Positions 1 through 10,585 of a DNA stretch of 64,000 bases are shown in pieces. The notes beneath the pieces were generated by a model. That model ran no database searches and was not told the origin of the DNA. It was given only the letters and a program-made list of their open reading frames with translations. The DNA comes from Clostridia bacterium (GTDB lineage: Bacteria > Bacillota > Clostridia > UBA1212 > DUPL01). The stretch lies in contig JBMNIW010000008.1 of the NCBI GenBank assembly GCA_050951325.1, positions 256,001 to 320,000 on the forward strand. The letters run 5' to 3'. How positions within the stretch are numbered: position 1 is the first letter of the stretch; each line of letters begins with the position of its first letter. The position numbers were made by a program, and so were the translations under genes.

Positions 1-170
1 TATCATCCAGCGCAATATTGATTGTTCGCAATATGTTAGTTTTTCTTCAAGAGTTAGCTTCATTGGCTTCTTTATTGGTGGGTCAATATCTTTAAAGCCT
101 TGTTAATATTAGGTGATAAAAAGGCGGATTTTTAGGTCGAAATACCCTTTAGAGAATCCAGCAACATTTT
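1..170 (-). pseudogene. Possible degenerate IS5-like (DDE_Tnp_4) transposase fragment
   Basis: Minus strand reads GFKDIDPPIKKPMKLTLEEK, resembling the PxKKP..L..EEK segment of IS5/ISL2-group transposases; broken frames. Confidence 0.25.
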
Positions 171-387
171 TTATAATCAATTTTAATCGTTTTTACTCAT
201 GTATAGGCTATTATATATTGATTTACGTTGAATATAGCCTTTATGACAATGCAGAAATTATTTACATAAATGCTTAACCTTAAAAACATTACATCCCAAT
301 AATATCCCACACATACAATGTAGCAGTTAAAGTAAAAACTAAACACGCAAACAGTATTGCTGGCGCAGTAAACACAAAAAATGGGTT

Positions 388-845
388 GTGTCTTGTCAAG
401 TGGTGCAAAATATTTTCTACTAAGTAACTAAAATTAACTATACCCACCGCATTTATTCCACGTTCCTATTGCGGCATAAATGCTTAATGTTTGCCATGTT
501 ATTGCTTGTTGTCTGCATTCGGCAGCTTTTTCAATGCATCTTTAACATCAGTTCATCCATCGATTCCTTGGATAAGTACCTTCGTTCTGCTACGCTCCAT
601 TCATCGTTTTGCCCTATCAGTATAGCCCCACCAAAACGTATTACTGAGTCTCTATCCGGGAAAACACTTACTACATTCAACAGTCTTATGCATCCAAAAC
701 TGTCTGTGCAGCTTTGGGGAATCTTACTTTTAACTGTTCCAGGACAGCCTTCAGGGTATCCTATGCACTATTTATATCTTCCTGCATAAATATTGTTCTT
801 ACTATAGCAGCCACCAGACTTTTCTATTTCTTCGGAACATCACAT
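388..845 (-). mobile_element. IS256-family transposase 3' remnant with terminal sequence
   Basis: Minus-strand fragments SLVAAIVRTIF..LKVRFPKAA and VVSVFPDRDSVIRFGGAILIGQNDEWSVAERRYLSKESM match the IS256 C-terminus; stops and an internal deletion; GTCTTGTCAAGTGGTGCAAA at 390-409 resembles IS256 ends. Confidence 0.7.
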
Positions 846-868
846 AATTACTTAATTAGCTCTTTTAC

Positions 869-2422
869 TTATTCGCTTATTCTTAATATAGGTTTAAATC
901 TATCTTGTAAGACTTCTGCATCTATAATGAATTCATCAAAGGTACGCACCTTTTCATTGTTCCAAGTGTTTTCGCTAAGAGCAGGAATTCTTTCTAGCAA
1001 TAACAACATTTCTTCTTTAATGCCATCTTCAGCATTTTCGAAATGTTCTTCAATATGACGATTCCAAGCTAGTAATTGACCACCTAAAACATTATCGCTA
1101 TGTTCAATTTTGATTCCACCTGTGTTTATATAAGGGGATTGGGGATGTACAGGCTTCCAAGAGTAGATATCCCATTCAAACACATCCTTGATAGGCCATT
1201 TCCTAATCGGAGTAATAACATACATAGGATCCCAAGAGCAGTTAATTATTTTAAAACCTGCGTCAATAAGGTCAGGAGTAAGTTGATAGTAGTTTTCCCA
1301 ACTCATAATAATTATTTCCTTTGGTACCATGTCATTTACTTCTTTTGCAAAGCCTTCCCAGGCTATTGGTTTTTTATCGTTTTCAAATACAACATTGGCT
1401 ATTCTTGTTACGAAATGTGCAAGCATTTGCTCAGACAATAGACTCTTATCTGATATAGTAGAGTCAATACCTTTGGTGTCGGCATAATCTCTACATTTTT
1501 TACACTGAGTCCACTGCTGTATTGCTGCTTCGTCTCCTCCTATATGTATGTATTTTGAATACTTAAACATTTCACAAAGCTCGGCAAATATTTCCTCTAG
1601 AGCTACAAAGGAATCTTCGTGCTGGTGGATTATACCTCCAAAACCAAATAAAGAAGGATAGGCTTTTTGGAATTGTTGACAATGACCTGGTATGTCTATT
1701 TCAGGCACAAGCTCTATACCGCGCTTGTGTGCATATTCTACTAATTCGTTTATTTGTTCCTTTGTATAATGCCTATTCACTGTAGGTAGCTTCGGATATA
1801 CATCACTAGGCAATGTATAGCTTTGATCATCAGTAAAATGCAAGTGCAGAACAGATAGCTTATAGAAATAGCACATATCCACAAAATTAATGAGATACTC
1901 AAATTCATGCCATTCCCTTGCTAAGTCTACCATCATACCTCTGTATATTGAATCTGGGTAATCAAAAATTTTAACCTTTGGTATAAATACTCCATTATCT
2001 GATTTTTGCATAATCTGAAGCATGGTTGCAAGAGCATTGTTAATTCCCTCTTCATTCGAAGCATATATCTTAACATTCTTATTGTTTGGAACTATTTTAT
2101 ACGCACCAGGTAAAAGCTCTTGTTGAGCAGCTAAGATAATTTCTGCTTTATCGTGCTCCTCAAAAGAAAGATCTAAAATCCTTTCACTATAATCACAAAA
2201 AGCATTAAGTGCATTTCTAAAGCTCTCTGATTCAGTTTTAATTGTAGCTTTATACTCATAGGCTATATATTCATTCTTATCGTTCATTTTACCTCGTTGC
2301 TCTTTAGGCATTGGTATCATATTAAGGGAAATATACTTGCTATCCCTATTTAGTTCTTGGCAGGAAGTTAACGCACCAAAGAATAGGAAGCAAAATATTA
2401 CGTATAACATTTTCCTAATCAT
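869..2422 (-). CDS. GH20 beta-N-acetylhexosaminidase, probable lipoprotein
   Basis: RGMMVDLAR, LHLHFTDDQS, PEIDIPGH, catalytic HIGGDEA; lipobox-like LTSC. Confidence 0.9.
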   Translation of the reverse strand: MIRKMLYVIFCFLFFGALTSCQELNRDSKYISLNMIPMPKEQRGKMNDKNEYIAYEYKATIKTESESFRNALNAFCDYSERILDLSFEEHDKAEIILAAQQELLPGAYKIVPNNKNVKIYASNEEGINNALATMLQIMQKSDNGVFIPKVKIFDYPDSIYRGMMVDLAREWHEFEYLINFVDMCYFYKLSVLHLHFTDDQSYTLPSDVYPKLPTVNRHYTKEQINELVEYAHKRGIELVPEIDIPGHCQQFQKAYPSLFGFGGIIHQHEDSFVALEEIFAELCEMFKYSKYIHIGGDEAAIQQWTQCKKCRDYADTKGIDSTISDKSLLSEQMLAHFVTRIANVVFENDKKPIAWEGFAKEVNDMVPKEIIIMSWENYYQLTPDLIDAGFKIINCSWDPMYVITPIRKWPIKDVFEWDIYSWKPVHPQSPYINTGGIKIEHSDNVLGGQLLAWNRHIEEHFENAEDGIKEEMLLLLERIPALSENTWNNEKVRTFDEFIIDAEVLQDRFKPILRISE

Positions 2423-2426
2423 AAAC

Positions 2427-3683
2427 TTAATCTTTACCTTTCTTATTATTTCTTAATATTACAATAATTACAACAACAGCAATAACAGCAATTACGCCAA
2501 TTATTATACTAAAAGGCCACATCTGCTTATCATCATCTGTCGCTTTTGGTGGCGAAGTACTAGGCGCAGGTGTATCTGTTATAGCAGGGGTGTCTGTTGG
2601 TGCAGGGGTATCTGTTGGTACAGGAGTCTCAAAAGGCCTTTCGTCGAGCTCTGCATATCTATCTGCAATATAGCTTAATTTAAAAGTTCCATATTCATAC
2701 TCTTCATCATTCAAAAAGGATGTAACTCCATCTTTGGGTGCATGAGTCCAAAGGTTGAGACCATCGTAACACTCCATCACAACTAAATAATCGCCTTCAG
2801 CATACGCTCTCTCAAAATAGACTTTGAAATCAGCATATTTATCTGGGCCACCAGATGTTAGCTCAAAGGAATTGATGTAAATAGGGTCTTCTTTAATTGT
2901 ATCAGCATAATTACCCTTCCATCTATATATCTTAAACTCAACATCAGCATGCCCTGTTTCAAGAAACAAACTATTAAACACAAAGCCTGTAAATTTACCG
3001 CCTAAAACAGTAAACATATGCGCTGCACTGTCTAAGTTTGCAACTTGAATAAAGCTCTCGCCATCCTCTGAGGCCCCTATTCCATAGGTTGGCACGATAG
3101 TTTCGCTGTCATTAAAGAGTATGTTAGGTTCTTCGTTTAGCTCTGCGCTAGGATTAACGATGCAGGATACTCTGTACGATACATCCTCGTAAACTTCACC
3201 GTTAAAATATGCAACACTGTCTTGATGGGCGGCATGAGTAGGTATATGTAGAGCGTGGTCAGTATGCTTTTTATATACTAGTAAATATTTGCCCTCAGCA
3301 AAAGCCCTCTCAAAATCAACACGAAAGTCTTTTTCGCCTGGATTAACCCAACTAGATTCCTCTGAATCCTCTATTAAATCCGTAAAAACAGGTCTATTGG
3401 ATATTGTGGTCTGATAATCAGTATCCCATTTATATAACATAATTGCGGTACTCATTGGTGGATCATACCAACTAGGAATAACAAGGCCAACAAATTTTCC
3501 GCCCTTTACATCAAGCATGACCGCTACAACACCCTCGTCTGTGTTCTTGAATCTACTCCCGTCTGGAGCTGGGTCATCAATATGCATCTTTACAATGCTC
3601 TCGCTTGCACAGATACCTAGATAAGAAACTGCACAAAGCACTATTACAAGAGCAATTAAAATAGATTTTTTAGTTTTAATCAT
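2427..3683 (-). CDS. Secreted, C-terminally membrane-anchored protein with two tandem unnamed domains and a Pro/Thr linker
   Basis: Signal peptide; internal repeat (GGKF.G..LY.W...Y..TI..FERA.AEG.YL twice); PTDTPAP linker; TM helix plus basic tail. Confidence 0.75.
   Translation of the reverse strand: MIKTKKSILIALVIVLCAVSYLGICASESIVKMHIDDPAPDGSRFKNTDEGVVAVMLDVKGGKFVGLVIPSWYDPPMSTAIMLYKWDTDYQTTISNRPVFTDLIEDSEESSWVNPGEKDFRVDFERAFAEGKYLLVYKKHTDHALHIPTHAAHQDSVAYFNGEVYEDVSYRVSCIVNPSAELNEEPNILFNDSETIVPTYGIGASEDGESFIQVANLDSAAHMFTVLGGKFTGFVFNSLFLETGHADVEFKIYRWKGNYADTIKEDPIYINSFELTSGGPDKYADFKVYFERAYAEGDYLVVMECYDGLNLWTHAPKDGVTSFLNDEEYEYGTFKLSYIADRYAELDERPFETPVPTDTPAPTDTPAITDTPAPSTSPPKATDDDKQMWPFSIIIGVIAVIAVVVIIVILRNNKKGKD
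2563..2628 (-). repeat. Imperfect 18-bp coding tandem repeat (TDTPAP linker)
   Basis: gcaggtgtatctgttata / gcaggggtgtctgttggt / gcaggggtatctgttggt. Confidence 0.8.
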
Positions 3684-3784
3684 AAAATCTACTCCTTTGT
3701 TTATTTGTACATAATTATGTTAGTATGATATACCAACAAGAAAAGCCTTGCGTTTGAAAAATTACTACAATATATTTTTGAAAT

Positions 3785-4103
3785 GTAAGCGTCAAATAGA
3801 ATACACCTTGTGAGATGAATGAATGTTTGCGAGAATGATAGAGCAAAAAGATGTATTAAAGCAGAACTTTCATAAGTTAGGAAGGTATTGAAGATGACGC
3901 GAGATGAAAAACTATTGATGTGGGAAAAGAAGGTAGAACAGTTTGATAAAAGTGGACTAAGCATGCGCCAATGGTGTCAGGAAAATGGAGAAGTATACGG
4001 TACTTTTAGACATTGGAGAAAAGTAATACAAGAAAAGAATGATATGGAACAGGGACAAAGCCGGTGGCTGCCGCTTCAGGTATTGGATGATACTACTCAA
4101 CAT
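3785..4103 (+). mobile_element. IS66-family left end and truncated tnpA (orfA)
   Basis: GTAAGCGTC terminus at 3785; ORF MTRDEKLLMWEKKVEQFDKSGLSMRQWCQENG..TFRHWRK typical of IS66 TnpA; cut by the IS at 4104. Confidence 0.75.
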
Positions 4104-5611
4104 GTGGGATTTAGCCTTTACTCGTATTTTACTATCTTTTTTACCTTCAATCAATAGCAATATCGAATTTAATGCATTTTCCCATAATTTATTTTACGAA
4201 AAGGCAGTCTTCCCCCTTTCCCCAATATTATCACAACGCGCTATTAACTTTTTTTACCTCTATGCAGTACTAAACATATACTCTGGACCTCTTTTTATAA
4301 GATATAATCCTTTTTTCAATAATCTTACTAATTCTACTTGTGTGACTACCGACTTCCTTATTCTTCTATAGTAAAATAGTCTGACCAAGTTTGCTGCTAT
4401 GAATTTCAAACACAGGACTGCTTCTATTGCATCTCCCCCGTGGACATAACAATGCTCTAAGCCACATTCCTTTTTCAGATAATTAAATATTGAGTTTTCA
4501 ATGTCTTGCCTTCCTCGAATAATCCTAAATATTGTGTCTAGTTTCATGTCAATGCAAGTTGTCACAATCATTATCTGTGTATATTTTTTATCATGACTTT
4601 TCATGCGAAACTTAACAAACCTTAATTCTTTTTCACCCTTCTGCATCCTAAAGAAACCCTCATACACTGTAACACTTTCATAGGAGGCATCGTCTTTCCA
4701 CACCAAAACTGGTTCTGATTTGTTTACTTGCTTTTTTATTTCTTTAACACTATTTATATTGTTACATTTAACTCTGACAATTGCATCTACCTCTACTTCA
4801 TCGCAAGCATTCAACCATTCAGAATTACACCCTATTGCATCATAAACTATTACATCAATTAGACCCTTATGATCCGTAGTAGTTCTTTCTATTAAACGTT
4901 TTGCTGTTGTTAGTTCTCCTTCATCTTTTTCTGCTTTATCTACACCAGCCCTATATGGTTCAAAGTCCAAAACCAGTCTTGCACGATCGCCTATTGTCGA
5001 TAACACAACACTACTATGGAAATTTCTCTCTTCCTTTTTGCCTTTCTTACTCGCTTTTAAACACCTATCACAACTTTTCCTGTCACTATTAAACGTTTGT
5101 GTGCCATCTATAGCTGCGACCACATAACCATCTATTGTGCCATTTGTAAACACTTTATTTTCTCTAGCTTTGCGAACAGTATCCTTCAAAATTGCTCTTA
5201 TTTTACTTACATCAATAACCTTTAACGTGTCGCGAATTGCATCTATTTTTGGAAGCTTACATCCCCTAGGCAACAAATTCTTAAACTCATTTTTTACAAT
5301 ATAATTATTTAACTCATTGAAGCTTCTTGTTCTTATTATAAAACCAAAAAGAACCGGTAAAACTACAAGTTTTGTTTTGAATGTAGGATTCTTTCTTCCA
5401 TCAGTGAGGTTATTTAAGCCTTTTTCGACATCAAAGACATTCTTCATATATTTTACTAATTTTGCTAAGTAGTTCTTTCTCAAATCTATCGTTCCCTTAT
5501 TATTTAATTTTGATTATTTTAACAGAATTCAGCCCGAATTTGCAACACCTCTAATTTTACGTCAAAACCGCATAACTATGGGCTTTTTCGAGAACAGAGG
5601 CTAAATCCCTG
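4104..5611 (-). mobile_element. DDE insertion sequence (IS4/ISNCY-like), copy 1
   Basis: Terminal IRs GGGATTTAGCCT (4106) / AGGCTAAATCCC (5598-5609); near-identical copy at 15506-17015 defines the ends. Confidence 0.85.
4260..5483 (-). CDS. DDE transposase, 407 aa
   Basis: AAIDGT, DEGELT, VYDA, RQDIENSIF motifs. Confidence 0.85.
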   Translation of the reverse strand: MRKNYLAKLVKYMKNVFDVEKGLNNLTDGRKNPTFKTKLVVLPVLFGFIIRTRSFNELNNYIVKNEFKNLLPRGCKLPKIDAIRDTLKVIDVSKIRAILKDTVRKARENKVFTNGTIDGYVVAAIDGTQTFNSDRKSCDRCLKASKKGKKEERNFHSSVVLSTIGDRARLVLDFEPYRAGVDKAEKDEGELTTAKRLIERTTTDHKGLIDVIVYDAIGCNSEWLNACDEVEVDAIVRVKCNNINSVKEIKKQVNKSEPVLVWKDDASYESVTVYEGFFRMQKGEKELRFVKFRMKSHDKKYTQIMIVTTCIDMKLDTIFRIIRGRQDIENSIFNYLKKECGLEHCYVHGGDAIEAVLCLKFIAANLVRLFYYRRIRKSVVTQVELVRLLKKGLYLIKRGPEYMFSTA

Positions 5612-5651
5612 CATTGAAAGACCTCCCTATATTTATTATTTATCATCTCTC

Positions 5652-6539
5652 TTATATTGCAAATATGAAACAAGTTATTCCAATAACATTTACAGCTATC
5701 GCTATAACATCTCTTTTTCTTAACTTTTCCTTAAATACAACAAATGCAATAACAGAAGTTATACAAACAATCAGAGCACTTAAAATTGGAAATTGTATTG
5801 ATGCATCGAGTGTTTTTGCCGCTGTTAAAGAAAAGTAATTACCCACACCATTCATAAGTGCATATCCAAAAATAAAAAGTAAGTAAGTTATCTTAAATCT
5901 TTGAACATTTATATTTTCAATCCTATTTTTCCTATATGACAGAACAACGATAAGAAAAGATACAACTGTTGTTAAAGCAGTGCAAATAAAAAGAAAATTA
6001 TTAGTACCAACCCTATTTGCGGATATTTGGTGTGCTTTTGATGCAACACTGACAAAACCATTGGTTAGAAATATCACCGAGCATAATAAGACAAATAACA
6101 TATTGCTTTTTTCTTCTTTTCTATCACTCAAATTCTTATATATAAAGGCCAGAATAATTAAAATGCAACCAATTATCTTGAATTTTCCTATACTCTCATC
6201 CCAAAATAACACACCTGCCATAAAAGGTATAATAAGACCCCCACTTAAGCTAAACATACTAACAATACCAACGGAACCTTTTTGCAATGCAACAATAACG
6301 CATATCTGGCATAAAACTGTAGATACCGCATAAATAAGTGCCCATAATACTGCTTCAAAAGTAAAACTTATTTTGAAAGAACTGAGCATAAAAAAAGCCA
6401 TACACAATATTAAACCGTATACCATACTATAGAATGCACCGTAATATACTCCACCGCTTGACTTAATCTGATATTTTTTTGTAAAAATAGATTGTGCACT
6501 GAAAGACACTATCGCAAAAAACATAAATAAATAATCCAC
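5652..6539 (-). CDS. EamA/DMT-family transporter
   Basis: About 10 TM helices in two repeats, LFWDESI and VFKEKL. Confidence 0.8.
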   Translation of the reverse strand: MDYLFMFFAIVSFSAQSIFTKKYQIKSSGGVYYGAFYSMVYGLILCMAFFMLSSFKISFTFEAVLWALIYAVSTVLCQICVIVALQKGSVGIVSMFSLSGGLIIPFMAGVLFWDESIGKFKIIGCILIILAFIYKNLSDRKEEKSNMLFVLLCSVIFLTNGFVSVASKAHQISANRVGTNNFLFICTALTTVVSFLIVVLSYRKNRIENINVQRFKITYLLFIFGYALMNGVGNYFSLTAAKTLDASIQFPILSALIVCITSVIAFVVFKEKLRKRDVIAIAVNVIGITCFIFAI

Positions 6540-6640
6540 AAACTCTAAACTCTCCTTTTTAGTACATTTTAAAAGATGAGTAATCCTAAGTTAATATAGA
6601 ATTACTCACCCCAATATTAAATCTTAGATTTATTATTCAT

Positions 6641-7450
6641 TCATATATTAAAGCTATTACTTCTCTTTACCAAAATTATCAGAATAGTAAGAACAGTTAC
6701 CATTAAAACCAATGATCCGCAAATATCGTCAGATGTTGCCGGATTACCTGTTTCGGTCTCGGGCGGTACAGTAGTCTGTGGTTCGTTAGCATAAAACTCA
6801 CCCGTCTCCATATTGATTGATCCAGCCGGACCGTATTTGATATTATCAAAACACATACCCAAACTATAAGCAACCAACTGTAACTGTCCTGCTGCAAGTG
6901 GATTTGAACTGTCCGTCCCAGATACAACCAAATAACCGTCTTTATACCAATAAATAACATTTTCCTTTACACGTATACCTAAAGTGCACCACTGACCCGG
7001 ATCAACTTTTATTTCGTCTTGGTATACATTAAGTCTTGTCTTTACTCCACCCACATATTTGTTAATATCAAAGTAATCGTATCCAGTACTGTAGTGGATA
7101 TCGTACTGATCGTTACCATCACTGGATCTCCTTGCGGATATTCCGAAATTTGCATCCGGACGATTAGTTGCGTTTACTTTAACATCAAAAACAATATCAA
7201 AATCCGTTACGCCTTCATCAATTATAAACCTGAAAATACCTAAGGAAGCGTCATCTGTTTTTGCAACTTTATTATTGTTTTCGCTGACAATAGTAAAGTC
7301 ACCTACTGTAGTCATCTCTCCAAAAGTACCATCTTCAAAATCAACAGAAAATGATTTCTGCATGGCACTTGTCGGCAATACAAAAGTAACAATTAATGTT
7401 GCCAATGTAAAAGCAGTTATAAATTTTCTTCTCTTTTTCATATTTTTCAC
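6641..7450 (-). CDS. Secreted LamG/DUF1080-like beta-sandwich protein with NPxT-type sorting signal
   Basis: Signal peptide; DANFGISARR..GNDQYDIHY; FDNIK; NPATSD then TM and KR. Confidence 0.6.
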   Translation of the reverse strand: MKNMKKRRKFITAFTLATLIVTFVLPTSAMQKSFSVDFEDGTFGEMTTVGDFTIVSENNNKVAKTDDASLGIFRFIIDEGVTDFDIVFDVKVNATNRPDANFGISARRSSDGNDQYDIHYSTGYDYFDINKYVGGVKTRLNVYQDEIKVDPGQWCTLGIRVKENVIYWYKDGYLVVSGTDSSNPLAAGQLQLVAYSLGMCFDNIKYGPAGSINMETGEFYANEPQTTVPPETETGNPATSDDICGSLVLMVTVLTILIILVKRSNSFNI

Positions 7451-7464
7451 CTTTCCGAATAATT

Positions 7465-10400
7465 TTATTTATTTCTTTCTTTTTTTACAGTTAATATAAC
7501 GTATCCCACTATAGATAAAGCAAGCACAGCCATAACCACAGTAATAATTGTCATCCCAATATTGTTCTTCTGTAAGGCAATCGTTTTACCGGGTACATCT
7601 GTGTTTTTACCTATATTCTTACGCCAGTCTTCATCAATACCTCCACCTATTTTTGCAAACTTTATGTCATCAATAGAGATAGCACTGTTATATGTGCATA
7701 TAAAGGCTTCTCCTTCAGGTAAAGGACTTTCATCAATTACAGATTTCAATAATTCGTTATTGATAAAAAGATCGATTTTACCGCCTTCGATAATAACTTT
7801 CAGCGAGTACCACTCATCCGTTTTCATAGCAAAGGATTTTGAGTACAGAGTGGTTTGGCTTCCATTTTCATATCTTCTTATGTTAATAGTTTTGGTTATG
7901 GGGTTGTAATGTATATCATACTGATCGTTACCTCCATTATTTCTACGCAGCGAAAACCCAAAATTTGCATCTATTTTAGAGTTAACGGAGTTAAGCATTA
8001 TAGAACAACTTATTTCACAATCTTTATATACATAATTTGGCTGTATTTTAAAAACACCGCTTACATATGACGGCAAAGATATATATGTATTATTATCCTT
8101 ATTAATTTTTTTCCACCTTGGGTACTCAAAGCAGTCAAATGAGTTTTCATCAAAATCAACTATGAAATATTGAGGGTATTCTATAATCTGTGAGGTTACC
8201 TTACAATTATCGATGTAAGCTATTCCATCATTTAAAAGTTCTATACCTATATAACAATCAATTTTAGTATCACATTCAAATGACAGACTAACATTTTTAA
8301 AAGACTTTGATGATTTAATCTTTTTTTCCGCGATTAATTTACCAGATAAAGAATCGATTACAAAAAGTCTTGCTTGAGACTTTGTCTTTAAATAAACTTC
8401 AGCAGAAAACACATGCTGACCTTCTACCATGTACAAACCCTGATAGAGTCTTCCTTTTGACTTTATAAATCCGACATAGCCTGATTTGCCTTTCTCTACC
8501 GTGCTTCTTTTTACGGTACCTACGTCAGTATCTTTATCATACTGCCAGTTTGATAAACCTGTAATCCATCCTTTTTCGGAGTTAGTACGTTCAAAACCAC
8601 CGTAAAGAAAGTCTTTTGAGCTGTGCATACCGCAATCGGTTATGATATCTGTACCTTTAACAGGACTTATATCAGTATCTTTCATATATATATTGTCATA
8701 AAACCTCACACACTTAACAGGCGAATAATCATCGGTCTCAAGACCGTTAAAAGGTCCGCCATAATAAGGGTTATCTCCCCATGAGCCAATACTGCTAACA
8801 CCACCGTTTAAAATATTATCGTATACCGTAATATTTTTTATCTCCTGTTTTGAAAGATCGGGATTATCGGTTCCCCATGTGATGAAAGTAATTCCATGCC
8901 CTCCATATAGGTTACAATGTCTTACGATTAGGTTATCTATACAATTATCACCGTTAGGTTGTGCAAACCACCAGGACAAACCTCTTGGGTCGTTGTAAGT
9001 CGAACAGATTGTTACCGCATCATCATTCGTGTATAAGAAGCAACGGTCAATTATCATATTCTTTGTCCCGACTGTTGCAGAAATACCATCTCCGCCTACA
9101 CAACCTACTTCATCCATAAAAACATTAGCTATATATACATTTTTGCATGCACGCATATTAATATGATAGTTATTTGTTCTTTTAAGAGTGACATCTCTTA
9201 TTTCAACACCGGTACATTTATAGAATCCTATAGGTACCAAATGTATAGTATTGTCGCAATTTACAACCAATGAATTATAGGATACACCGTCTAGATTTTC
9301 GCTTCCTATATCCGAAGACCGTATTATCCCTTTGCCGGTTATTTTTACATTTGAGACTTGGTCTCCCTGTATCATGGGTAGATTATGACATGATGCTGCA
9401 TGTGCCCAATTTATTCCCGGTAGGTTTACATCATGTCCTAAAGCCACCTTATAAGCATAATCAGATATTCTTGGAGATTGCCAAAGCACCGCTCCTTCTT
9501 CAATATGTAATTCAACATTATTTTTCATTTTAATATTGGTTATAATGTATCTCCTGCCATATGGATTAGTTCTATCTCCGGGTATAACTACTCTTCCGCC
9601 TCCATGTTCAGACACATAGTCAATAGCCTTTTGAATAGCTATGTTATCATTCGTGTATGAATCTCCTTTTGCACCAAATCTTTCCTCTGTCACAGATACC
9701 TCTGTTGCTTTTAAACTGAATTCATACGGATTCTTCATAAAATCCGTATAGTTTTCCACGCAAAACCAAGGAGCAACAGGGATTTTGTTTATTGCTGCTA
9801 TAAAAAGAGTACTTAGTCTTGTAACATTTTCGTTCATATATGGTATTTCGACTACAAATTTACCGTCTTTAACCGTTGTTTCAGACAGTTTTGTTAAACC
9901 GCTTATTGATTGTGTATAGTTATATACTGGTGACTCGTATATTGTGACAGTCTTTCCGTTGTATTCGTTACCGACAGTACCTTTTATGGTAATAACTTTT
10001 CCGTCAGTAATACATGAATCTATACTACCCGCATATTCAATGATTTTATTCTCTCTCTCAAATGAAATACTCTTAATGTATATATCTCCGCTGTCCGCAC
10101 CGAGAGGTTCTATTCTAATACCCCTTAAATAATCCTTAGCTCCTTTAATATCCGAAAGATTGAAATAATATGTTAAGTAATCACTTTGAGCTTTTACATC
10201 AAACTCCTTAGACTTTTCATCATCATATGTACCGTCACTGCTCGTTATAAAGCTAAGTTTGATTTTAGTCGATTCTGTACTATTTTTTAGACGAATAACA
10301 ACAGTATTGCGAACAGACAGCAATGCACTGTATCTGGTACCTTTCGGTACATTGATTTGGCATGTAGTAAGACATGATTTATCGCCATTTAATGTGTATC

Positions 10401-10581
10401 TAACTTCACCGTCTTTCCATGTCAGATTACCGTTTTTAACATCAAAGCCTTTTATTGAGTCGGCTGAAGTAAAATCAAAATCAATTGAGGATGTTTTGGC
10501 AAGTAAATCTTTTTCATTTATAAGTGAACTTATGCTCATAGCTATTATCACCATTATTATTGTAAGTATTAACTTTTTCAT
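7465..10581 (-). CDS. Multidomain secreted GH28-like beta-helix glycoside hydrolase with CBM-like and LamG/DUF1080-like domains, C-terminal TM anchor
   Basis: FGAKGD..DNIAIQKAID..GGGRVVIP, GGDGI, NDDAV, GGHG. Confidence 0.7.
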   Translation of the reverse strand: MKKLILTIIMVIIAMSISSLINEKDLLAKTSSIDFDFTSADSIKGFDVKNGNLTWKDGEVRYTLNGDKSCLTTCQINVPKGTRYSALLSVRNTVVIRLKNSTESTKIKLSFITSSDGTYDDEKSKEFDVKAQSDYLTYYFNLSDIKGAKDYLRGIRIEPLGADSGDIYIKSISFERENKIIEYAGSIDSCITDGKVITIKGTVGNEYNGKTVTIYESPVYNYTQSISGLTKLSETTVKDGKFVVEIPYMNENVTRLSTLFIAAINKIPVAPWFCVENYTDFMKNPYEFSLKATEVSVTEERFGAKGDSYTNDNIAIQKAIDYVSEHGGGRVVIPGDRTNPYGRRYIITNIKMKNNVELHIEEGAVLWQSPRISDYAYKVALGHDVNLPGINWAHAASCHNLPMIQGDQVSNVKITGKGIIRSSDIGSENLDGVSYNSLVVNCDNTIHLVPIGFYKCTGVEIRDVTLKRTNNYHINMRACKNVYIANVFMDEVGCVGGDGISATVGTKNMIIDRCFLYTNDDAVTICSTYNDPRGLSWWFAQPNGDNCIDNLIVRHCNLYGGHGITFITWGTDNPDLSKQEIKNITVYDNILNGGVSSIGSWGDNPYYGGPFNGLETDDYSPVKCVRFYDNIYMKDTDISPVKGTDIITDCGMHSSKDFLYGGFERTNSEKGWITGLSNWQYDKDTDVGTVKRSTVEKGKSGYVGFIKSKGRLYQGLYMVEGQHVFSAEVYLKTKSQARLFVIDSLSGKLIAEKKIKSSKSFKNVSLSFECDTKIDCYIGIELLNDGIAYIDNCKVTSQIIEYPQYFIVDFDENSFDCFEYPRWKKINKDNNTYISLPSYVSGVFKIQPNYVYKDCEISCSIMLNSVNSKIDANFGFSLRRNNGGNDQYDIHYNPITKTINIRRYENGSQTTLYSKSFAMKTDEWYSLKVIIEGGKIDLFINNELLKSVIDESPLPEGEAFICTYNSAISIDDIKFAKIGGGIDEDWRKNIGKNTDVPGKTIALQKNNIGMTIITVVMAVLALSIVGYVILTVKKERNK

Positions 10582-10585
10582 TTCT

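Noticed and set aside
469-1441. + strand ORFs 469..789, 714..1058 and 1100..1441, and similar ORFs opposite real genes (e.g. 25936..26799, 34201..34962, 54814..55677)
   Set aside because: Antisense shadows without RBS or recognisable motifs
4101-5614. CAT as a 3-bp target duplication of IS copy 1
   Set aside because: The IS66 frame does not resume after the element and copy 2 shows no duplication, so probably chance
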